This document shows, in pieces, positions 56,711-64,000 of a DNA stretch of 64,000 nucleotides (its first letter is position 1; each line of letters begins with the position of its first letter). Source of the DNA: Caecitellus pseudoparvulus. Its lineage: Eukaryota; Protista; Bigyra: Bicosoecida. The DNA is taken from the NCBI GenBank assembly GCA_965644315.1, contig CBFFRQ010000067.1, positions 62,001 to 126,000 of the forward strand, given 5' to 3'. The notes beneath the pieces are model-generated. The model made no database searches. It worked only from the letters and a program-made list of their open reading frames with translations, and was not told the DNA's origin. The position numbers were made by a program, and so were the translations under genes.

Positions 56711-59650
56711 ATGCTGGGGCGCATCCGGGGCCTGTTCTCGAAGAAAAGCAGGGAAGATGAGCTGGAAGAGCGACTGGCCCTGCTGGCCGGCCAGTCTGCC
56801 GCATGGCAGGAGAGTCTCGACGCCCACTTGGCTGGCGCGGCAGCGTGTGCCGACAGCATCGCGGAAGCAGTGGGTGCGGCCGAGCTACGCATGCAGATGC
56901 TGCTGCGGTGGGGGGAGGCAGAACACATTCCCGTGTTCTTGGAGTACGCCTCTCTGCGCGTGCAGCGCGTGGCCCGGCGTTGGCGCTTGCACCGCCAACT
57001 CGCCGGCCTCTGCACCGTGCACAAGCGGCAGTGTGAGGAGGAGGCAGAGGAGGTTCGTGGCGTGCTGACGGCGCTGGTATCCTCTGCGCAGGGTCGAGGT
57101 GAAGCTGTGGAGCTGGGCCCACCTCGCTGTGCGATGGGCCCACCTGCGGAGATCTTGAAGGGCGAGGCTTCCGTGCACTCGCTGCGCCTGGCGCTGCGGA
57201 GGTGCGAGGAGTCACTGGAAGCCACAGCGGCCGCAGCACGCGCGGCCACTGACGCCATGGCACGCCTGTCCGCTGCCGACAGGGGGCGGCGCATCGTGAC
57301 AGCGGCTGAGCACGTCGCCATGCGAGCCAGCAGCAGTCGCACCGTGGGGTTTGCCATGACTCCCCCGCCGGACACACCCGCTGACGCCCCCGCACCTCAA
57401 AAGGTCACACTCACTGACGCGGAACGGGACACAGTGCAGGCCGCAGCCCGGTACATCTGCTTGCTGCGTGACCCGGTCGTGCGGGCGGCAGTGACCACCC
57501 GAGCACCGCTGACGGGGCGCCTGTACTTGGCACCCCCCTTCCAAGGGGGGCGCGAGGACGCGCACATCAGCAGCGCATCAACTTGGTTGACTCCATCTCC
57601 CCGCCCCCTCCCCCCTGACGCCACTGAGGCGGACTGCTGCCCTGACTTTGTGGCACTGGTGCAGGGGGGGGCGGCGGCAGAGGCGGCACCGCCGTCGCCG
57701 CTCCCGCTGCCGCTGCGAGCTGCTGCGTTGCAGCCCATTGACTTGCAGCCCACACCTGTGTCCCCCGAGTTGTCGCGTCACGCCGCCAGCTCGGTGGCAT
57801 GGCTGTGGATGCAGCCGCCAGGGTCGGGGCAGCCGCACCACTGCGTGCGTCTACTGCTGTCCCCTGCTCACCAGAACACGTTGACAGAACACTGGCATGC
57901 AGTGGGGCGGCACCACAGTGTGTTCTTGGACACGGTTGGGGACAGTCGCGTGCACCACGGCAAGCTGGTGGCCGCCTGGTGCATGCGGAATTTGGGTTTC
58001 GACCCGCTGAACGCTGTGAGGTGGGCCCATGTGCAGGGCACCCTGCGCCGAGCAGCCACCAGTGTGAAGGCCCCTGCACCCCCCTTGCAGCCGCCCTCAG
58101 TAGCGGCATGCCCTCAAGAACAGGGAGGTGCGGCGGCCGCCCCACCGGCTACTCCAGCAGCCACAGCATCGACTGGGACAGTCGCGAGCCCCCCTGTACC
58201 CCCCACTACCAGTGCCTCCCCACAGGTCACCCCTCCCAGCCTGCGCTCTCGCCCAGCATCACGCAGCGTCAGCGGTGGGTCAGGCTCCAGTCTGCTGCAA
58301 CGCCTGCGCCGCGGCAAGAGCGGCAGCTCCACGAGCGTGACGGAACAAGCACACGCTGACGCGGTGTCGGAGGGGTTGACCCCGCCACAGGTGGGTGACT
58401 CCAATTTCCGCCCTCGGTTCCCTCGCCCACACCTCGTGAACGACTTCGCCAAGTGGTTCGCCCGCGAAATCGCCAAGGAAGTGGAGCCGGCGCTGCTGCA
58501 GCGAGGTCGCACCTTGTCGCAGTCGGCGAGCGTAGCCGCTGACACGGCCTCCCCCAGCACGCCCGATGGGCCCACCCGCCGCAGCTCCAGCCGCGTCGCT
58601 GGCGCGCCCGATACCCTCACCTGGTGGCGCACGCACGCACTGCCCATGGTGCGGCGGTTGCTGTACACGCGGTTGCACGCGTTGACGTTTGGGGTGGGGC
58701 GGGCAGTGTGGGCGCCCCCAGCCGTGGGGGGTGCTGCGCGCATCTTGCGGCAGGACGCACGGTGGCGCCGCAAGGCCCCTGCAGTCGCCCTGCTGCCCCT
58801 GCACGCCCTGAACATTTCCGAGAAAGTTCTGCCTCGGTCTGAGGTATCTGACCCGGCCCTGCTGGCTGTGCCACGGGCTCTGCTTGGCACTCTGGAGACA
58901 CTCATGACGCCGGACAGCATGCTGCACTGCCTGCGCACGGCCGTTGACTTCATGCTGCTGGAGCTGCGCCTGCGACGGGGGGGTGCCAACGTGCAGGTCG
59001 CAGCTGACGACCTCATCCCGCTCCTCATCGGCACACTGGCTCGCTCGTCCATGTCGCAACCCCACGCCGCTCTGGCCTTCATGGCCAACTTCGGCATGGG
59101 TGGGGACGCCGCTGCCGACACAGGTTCTGTCGGCTTTCTCCTCGCCGTCTTTCAAACCGCCCTCATGCAAGTGTGTCAGTGGCGGGTGGCGTCGGCCAGC
59201 TCCACGCCCGGGCCGGCTGGCAGCCCTGAGCCGCCCACACCGACCGTGGACGCGTCCCCCCTCGGCCGACCATCAGATACCAGTGTCGTGCCGGATGACG
59301 CTGCGGTGGTGGGGGATGGCGCTCGGGGGCGGGGCTCGACAGGGGATGCCGTGGAGCTGGACGGCGTGCTGCGGAAATTGGACTCTGGCCGTGCAAGCAG
59401 CACCCCCATCCTGGGGGGTGCAGGGGGAGACACCGCCGCGAGTGGCCCTGTGACGGAGTGGGTGGACTCTGCCGGGGACTCGGAGGGCGAGGAGGGGGGC
59501 GATGGGGGCGACTTGGGGGATACATTCGGCATGGACATGGTGGGGTCAGCCAGCGATGCGCATGCCGCAGACCGCGCTGGGCGCCAGGAGATGACTGAGT
59601 GGATCCTGGACCACAAGGTGGTGCAGGAGACGCTGGCACTGTTCTCGTGA
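56711..59650 (+). CDS. VPS9-domain protein (Rab5-type GEF)
   Basis: LETLMTPDSMLHCL..QVAADDLIPLLIGTLARS..ALAFMANF..GSVGFLLAVFQTALMQV matches the VPS9 pattern. Intronless 979-aa ORF. Confidence 0.85.
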   Translation: MLGRIRGLFSKKSREDELEERLALLAGQSAAWQESLDAHLAGAAACADSIAEAVGAAELRMQMLLRWGEAEHIPVFLEYASLRVQRVARRWRLHRQLAGLCTVHKRQCEEEAEEVRGVLTALVSSAQGRGEAVELGPPRCAMGPPAEILKGEASVHSLRLALRRCEESLEATAAAARAATDAMARLSAADRGRRIVTAAEHVAMRASSSRTVGFAMTPPPDTPADAPAPQKVTLTDAERDTVQAAARYICLLRDPVVRAAVTTRAPLTGRLYLAPPFQGGREDAHISSASTWLTPSPRPLPPDATEADCCPDFVALVQGGAAAEAAPPSPLPLPLRAAALQPIDLQPTPVSPELSRHAASSVAWLWMQPPGSGQPHHCVRLLLSPAHQNTLTEHWHAVGRHHSVFLDTVGDSRVHHGKLVAAWCMRNLGFDPLNAVRWAHVQGTLRRAATSVKAPAPPLQPPSVAACPQEQGGAAAAPPATPAATASTGTVASPPVPPTTSASPQVTPPSLRSRPASRSVSGGSGSSLLQRLRRGKSGSSTSVTEQAHADAVSEGLTPPQVGDSNFRPRFPRPHLVNDFAKWFAREIAKEVEPALLQRGRTLSQSASVAADTASPSTPDGPTRRSSSRVAGAPDTLTWWRTHALPMVRRLLYTRLHALTFGVGRAVWAPPAVGGAARILRQDARWRRKAPAVALLPLHALNISEKVLPRSEVSDPALLAVPRALLGTLETLMTPDSMLHCLRTAVDFMLLELRLRRGGANVQVAADDLIPLLIGTLARSSMSQPHAALAFMANFGMGGDAAADTGSVGFLLAVFQTALMQVCQWRVASASSTPGPAGSPEPPTPTVDASPLGRPSDTSVVPDDAAVVGDGARGRGSTGDAVELDGVLRKLDSGRASSTPILGGAGGDTAASGPVTEWVDSAGDSEGEEGGDGGDLGDTFGMDMVGSASDAHAADRAGRQEMTEWILDHKVVQETLALFS

Positions 59651-59766
59651 ACCAGGCGCGTGGTGGGCAATGCACACACTGCTCGGAGCACCCCACCTCT
59701 TCACCTGGACGCCATCAGAGCGCTGTGACCCACACGGCGGAGTTGCCACACGCCACGCGAGGTGGG

Positions 59767-60969
59767 TCACTGGGCGGTGCACGCCTGCGCACAGATGGAG
59801 GAAGTTGGCGCGTCTCCATCGTCGTCGTCGCCCTCGCCGCCGCCCTGGGCTGCGGCAGCCCACCCGCTGGCTGGCCCGACAGCGGCGTCACCACCCGGCG
59901 ACCCGCCCGCGCTCGCGTACTTGCGCACGAACTGTGACACCGTCTGGAAGAACTGGGGCAGGTACCGCATCAGCGTGTCGTTGTGCCCGGTGCCCTCCCA
60001 GATCTTGAGGGTCTTGTGCTCGGCAGGGGCAGAGCTGGCGTCGAAGTTGGCCTGGCCGTGGTCCACCGGCACGATGCGGTCGCTGTCTCCGTGCAACACG
60101 AGCAGGGGGGTGTGCACTTTGCTCAGGGTGCCTGCGTTGTTGAACGGGTCGGCCAGCATGCCCGACGACAGCAGCGGCTTCACCTGGGGCATGGCTTGCA
60201 CCAGCTGCTGCGCCATGGGCAGGGTGAAGAGCTGCGCGATGCCGGCATCCAGGATGAGGCCTGCGACGGGAGCAGGTCGCGCCGCGACCATGGCGACCGC
60301 CGCCACGCTGCCGATGGAGCGCCCCAGCACGAACAGCGGCGCTTCGGGGTGAATGCCGGCAGACTTCAGCAGTTGCGGCAGGCGCTTGGCCACTGCCGCA
60401 CCGTGCCGTGCGAGGGTACTGATGCCTGGCATGCCGGTTGACCAGCCGTACCCCGCGAAATCCACCACCAGCAAGTTGACGTTCGGGAAGGCCTCGCCGC
60501 GGGCATCCGTCCACAAACCGGCCATGTGGTCATAGTCAGCCGCGATCTCGCCATTGCCGTGCCACAGCAGGACAACGGGGCGGGGAGGGGGGGGCGGCGC
60601 CTCACCTGACGCGTCCACAGCCGGCGACGCAGCCTGGCTCGGGCCTGCTGGTGCCACACCCTCCTCAGCCTCACACGATGCAGCAGCGGATGGCGTAGAG
60701 TCTGCGTCACGTGCACGTGGTGTGGCTGCGCTCTCCTTTGAGCTGGGAGCGCTGGGCGCCGCCTCCGCTGTGGCTGGCTTGCTGGCGACTTTAGCGGGAG
60801 TACTGGCGGCTTTGGCAGGAAAGCAACGCCAGCCCAACTTGACTCCTTCCTCCACAGGCAGGGAGCCGTCGATGGTGCCTGGGATGTGGGAGGAACCCTT
60901 GTACGCAGGTCGGGGGTGGAATGCAACCTGTGTGAACATGGGGTTGTCCAGGAACCCGGAAATGTCCAT
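59767..60969 (-). CDS. Alpha/beta-fold serine hydrolase
   Basis: LLWHGNGEIAADY, VDFAGYGWSTG, nucleophile GRSIG, LVLHGDSDRIVP and GHND. Start MDISGFLDNP at 60969. Confidence 0.92.
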   Translation of the reverse strand: MDISGFLDNPMFTQVAFHPRPAYKGSSHIPGTIDGSLPVEEGVKLGWRCFPAKAASTPAKVASKPATAEAAPSAPSSKESAATPRARDADSTPSAAASCEAEEGVAPAGPSQAASPAVDASGEAPPPPPRPVVLLWHGNGEIAADYDHMAGLWTDARGEAFPNVNLLVVDFAGYGWSTGMPGISTLARHGAAVAKRLPQLLKSAGIHPEAPLFVLGRSIGSVAAVAMVAARPAPVAGLILDAGIAQLFTLPMAQQLVQAMPQVKPLLSSGMLADPFNNAGTLSKVHTPLLVLHGDSDRIVPVDHGQANFDASSAPAEHKTLKIWEGTGHNDTLMRYLPQFFQTVSQFVRKYASAGGSPGGDAAVGPASGWAAAAQGGGEGDDDDGDAPTSSICAQACTAQ

Positions 60970-61268
60970 GGTGTGCCGGGCAGTGGGCTGTGTCCGAGGC
61001 GAAACGTGCGCGAAACGACAGGCGGCAGTACCGACACGCGGCAAAGTCACACTCCCTTTCACAGAAAAACTGAGAGATTGAACAAATTATGATTTCCACT
61101 TTACAGGAATTCTCCTAGTCGCTCTTCCGGGCTGTGGTCATTCAAATTTTGGCCGTCAAGTGCTTCTCCTGTGCCGCCCCGAAGCCACCTCACTCTGCGC
61201 CTTTCGTTCTCCCCTGCACACTCTGCTTCGAGCACGCCTGGGCGTCAGCTTCGCTAGAGTTGGAAAAG

Positions 61269-64000
61269 ATGGATAATGAAGATGCTGATCTGGCCAGGGC
61301 TCTGGCCATGAGTCTGCAGGACGCTGTGGAACAGCCACACCAGCTGCCACCGTCTGGCCCAAGCGTGCCACCCACCATCAGCGGAGCAGGCACGGTGGCG
61401 CCTGTGCAGCCAACTGCAGCGAATGGGCGCATGCCTGAGCCGCTAAGCAACACGCTGCATGCGATGTACGACCCTCAGGTTGTCAATCTCGTGACTCACG
61501 ATGACGACCCTGAGACCGCACCAGCTCGACCTCATGCCGCCAGCAGCGGGGACGCCCAGCCCAAAGCAGACACGCCACCTCCACACCCGTACGCCGATGC
61601 GCACGGGACCCTGGCATGCTACGAGCCCATGTCGTACTCACCGCTTCTTTCGGGTCTCACTCTGAGTGAGCCGCTTCCCAAGCCGCCCCCTTCAAAGCAC
61701 GGCGCCACCCCTGCCAAGCATGCTGGCGATGCTGTGGAGTCGAGCGCCGGAGACGGAGGTCATGCCGTGGAGCCAGACACAGTGCACGACCTTGCAACAC
61801 TCGTGCGTGACTGGACCGCCGAGCTGCATGACATCCTGGACCTCACACCCCTGTCCCTGGAGCAAGCCGCCATGCGAGAGGGCGCCCTCACGCGCATCAG
61901 CTCAGCCTTCGTCGCGGCCTGTGCGCCCATCGCGGAGATCCTCGTAGCCGAGCTGCCTCTGGCCGATGCCCAGAAAAGTCTGCCGCCCATCGACATCGGG
62001 GGTGTGGCAGGGGGCAGCAAGTACATCCTGGGCGGTGTCCTGTTCAAGTTCGCTGTGGATACAGAGGGAATGTACGGGCACAACCACAGCGAGGCTGCCA
62101 AAGCAGCCAAGGCTGAGCTACGAGGCATATCCAGCATCACTGCAGCAGCGGTGCCGGGGCTGCGGTATCCCCTGCACTGTGTGGTGGATGTGCTCGGGTA
62201 CAGGGTGGTGGCCACATCCCTCCTGCCCATCGGCAGCGACACCCTCTGCTACGGCAGTGCCAACGCAATGGTCACAGTGCACGACGACGAGGAGGCCCTG
62301 CGATCTTCCATCGCACAACTGGCGGCGCATCTGAACCTGGCACGACACCCTGTGGGCGACAAGCAGCTGTACTTGGCCGGGGATGTGGAGGGGCACTGCG
62401 GGCGGGATGGGCACATGTTCTTGCTGGACACAGCCAGGCTCATGCCTCCGGAGGCGCCTCCACAGTGGCAGGCAGCTACGTGCATTGTGCCTGTACCAGG
62501 TGCACATAATGGTGTGCGGCTGTTGCGAGTGCCAGTGGATCAACGGGCAGCCTTTGGGCAGCATGTATGGGCAGCGTTGGTGGGTGCCGCGTTGCCTGAC
62601 CGCGTGGTGCCTTGTGAGATGCCTGCGAACCCAGGGACTGTGTTAATCACGAGCGTGTTGCCGTTCGCCAATGTGGTGTGTTGCGCCTTGAATGTGCCTG
62701 CACTGCTGCAGCACTTGAGGAGGTGCGGGCTGGAGGCTTCCGCGGTGGAGCATGCCGAGCGGGTCCTCGCCCAACCAACGCGAGTTGCAGCAGGGCTCGC
62801 TCGTGATGGGCAACCTGCTCAGCGTGGGCCTCTGTTGATGGTGCCCGTGCGCCCCAAGGCAGCGCACCTGACTCAGCTGCTGCGCCTTGAAGCTGTACAG
62901 GCGTCGCCTGTCCCTCTGTCAGCTGATGCCTTCACGGGCTGGGGAAGCACCGACTACCACGTATACAACCCACCTGTTCAGCGTGCCACAGATGCGATGC
63001 TAGAGAGGTCCCTGCCCCAGCTGGCTGCACAGCTCATTCAGCGCGCCACAGGGGGTCGCTTGGCTGTGTGGAAGGCTGGGGACTGTGTGGGCGCCGATGC
63101 TACAGCGGCTGGGCACGTCGTTGACCACGAGAGCTCACCAAGTCGACGTGACGATGCATTCACCTTTCCCGAGTGGACGGTGGAGCGGGGAGAGTTCTCC
63201 ATGAATCGCCTGCTGCGAAAGGAGTTTGGATCAGACAAAGAGGGTGCTGCTGGCCTGGACGCTGAGCCTGGTGATCAAGTCGCTGCTCCCCAGCCGTCAC
63301 TGGAGCATGCCACCGAGGTGCTGGGGGAGTACGCTGCCCAGGGGTATGATACCCGTGCCACTGTAGCGGCACTGCAGGCACACGGACTGGGGGCACTGAA
63401 AGCTGTGCCACTTGCGCGAGGAGCGCCGCCCGTCAGCATCGCTGCCTCCCCACACTTGCCGCTGTTGGTGCCTGCAGTCCCACAAGGGTCCCTGCAAGAT
63501 GACGCGCTAGCACACGCTCTGTCCAGTGTTGACCACGTGTACGTGCGAGAGCTGGACTGGAAGCTGCACTTGCACTCGGCTGGCTGCAACACGCGGCATC
63601 TCGGCCGCCTGGCCCATGTCATTCGAGTGCTGCTGCAGGTGCATGCAGCTGCCGTGAGGTGCCTGCCAGAGTCCGCTGTGGCGGCACTACAGGCCATGCA
63701 GCACAGCATGCTCGCGTACGGCATCGCGCGGTGTTTCTATGCTGAGCTGCGATCGGCGTTGCGGGGCGTGACGGCGCGAGTGGCTGATCGCGGCGAGTCC
63801 AGCGAGTCATCTGAGCAGGTGATGCAGTCCGCTGCACAGTTGGCCCATGACAGCGCCGAGGCGTTGTTCACGTCTCGGCTGCAGTACTCTGGCGTGGGGG
63901 GCAGCAGCTACAGCAGTGATGTGCAGGAGCAGACCCGGCTGCTGGCGTCCTTGCTTGGGAAGTACCCTGGTCTTGTGCCGCCGGAGGAGTGGGCACTGAC
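61269..64000 (+). CDS. Clu-domain (clustered mitochondria family) protein with an N-terminal ubiquitin-interacting motif, truncated by the window edge
   Basis: ATG 61269 gives MDNEDADLARALAMSLQD (UIM). The same frame gives GGVAGGSKYILGGVLFKFAVD..AAKAAKAELRG..YPLHCVVDVLGYRVVATSLLPI..TLCYGS..LNL..H..DVEGHCGRDGHMFLLDTARLMPPE, and later LLRLEAV..PLSADAF and LHSAGCNTRHLGRL. It is absent from the ORF track, presumably because it has no stop in the window. Confidence 0.88.
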   Translation, partial: MDNEDADLARALAMSLQDAVEQPHQLPPSGPSVPPTISGAGTVAPVQPTAANGRMPEPLSNTLHAMYDPQVVNLVTHDDDPETAPARPHAASSGDAQPKADTPPPHPYADAHGTLACYEPMSYSPLLSGLTLSEPLPKPPPSKHGATPAKHAGDAVESSAGDGGHAVEPDTVHDLATLVRDWTAELHDILDLTPLSLEQAAMREGALTRISSAFVAACAPIAEILVAELPLADAQKSLPPIDIGGVAGGSKYILGGVLFKFAVDTEGMYGHNHSEAAKAAKAELRGISSITAAAVPGLRYPLHCVVDVLGYRVVATSLLPIGSDTLCYGSANAMVTVHDDEEALRSSIAQLAAHLNLARHPVGDKQLYLAGDVEGHCGRDGHMFLLDTARLMPPEAPPQWQAATCIVPVPGAHNGVRLLRVPVDQRAAFGQHVWAALVGAALPDRVVPCEMPANPGTVLITSVLPFANVVCCALNVPALLQHLRRCGLEASAVEHAERVLAQPTRVAAGLARDGQPAQRGPLLMVPVRPKAAHLTQLLRLEAVQASPVPLSADAFTGWGSTDYHVYNPPVQRATDAMLERSLPQLAAQLIQRATGGRLAVWKAGDCVGADATAAGHVVDHESSPSRRDDAFTFPEWTVERGEFSMNRLLRKEFGSDKEGAAGLDAEPGDQVAAPQPSLEHATEVLGEYAAQGYDTRATVAALQAHGLGALKAVPLARGAPPVSIAASPHLPLLVPAVPQGSLQDDALAHALSSVDHVYVRELDWKLHLHSAGCNTRHLGRLAHVIRVLLQVHAAAVRCLPESAVAALQAMQHSMLAYGIARCFYAELRSALRGVTARVADRGESSESSEQVMQSAAQLAHDSAEALFTSRLQYSGVGGSSYSSDVQEQTRLLASLLGKYPGLVPPEEWAL

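Noticed and set aside
1-64000. Alternative genetic code or stop-codon readthrough to explain the fragmented ORFs
   Set aside because: Every break I examined is resolved by an ordinary short intron, apart from the single NPHP4 frame break, and conserved genes end at standard stops.

Overview
This is gene-dense, GC-rich eukaryotic nuclear DNA with short (about 65-110 nt) spliceosomal introns, mostly with GTGCGT/GTGAGT donors and CAG acceptors. NPHP4-like and KIF12-like genes imply a flagellated protist; a stramenopile-like origin is only my inference. About 22 protein-coding genes are supportable: an EGF plus multi-TM protein running off the left edge, an organellar-type homodimeric GlyRS, a small MCPLR membrane protein, a glutamine cyclotransferase, PIG-A, a CH-3xWW protein, an AlkB-like dioxygenase, a Gos1 SNARE, an EF-hand protein, an ankyrin-(PA)n protein, a JmjC-Zn protein, Spc25, a Tudor-like/NPHP4-like protein, a MIB/HERC2 protein, a KIF12-like kinesin, an ankyrin-repeat protein, a VPS9 protein, an alpha/beta hydrolase and a UIM-Clu protein running off the right edge. 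The standout is a long-short-long paralog cluster at about 42.85-54.47 kb on the minus strand. Two 3-exon genes (about 1281 and 1290 aa) encode a mitochondrial-presequence-like leader, a helical domain, a P-loop NTPase and a degenerate restriction-endonuclease-like domain, a Crinkler/RHS-like layout, and they differ in discrete hypervariable blocks. Between them is an intact 347-aa gene with the same introns, a near-identical upstream region and leader, and a strongly diverged helical domain only. This looks like an undescribed organelle-targeted effector/antidote or decoy system, which is inference. I saw no rRNA, tRNA, CRISPR array or recognisable transposon. All domain calls are by-eye motif recognition, not database hits.
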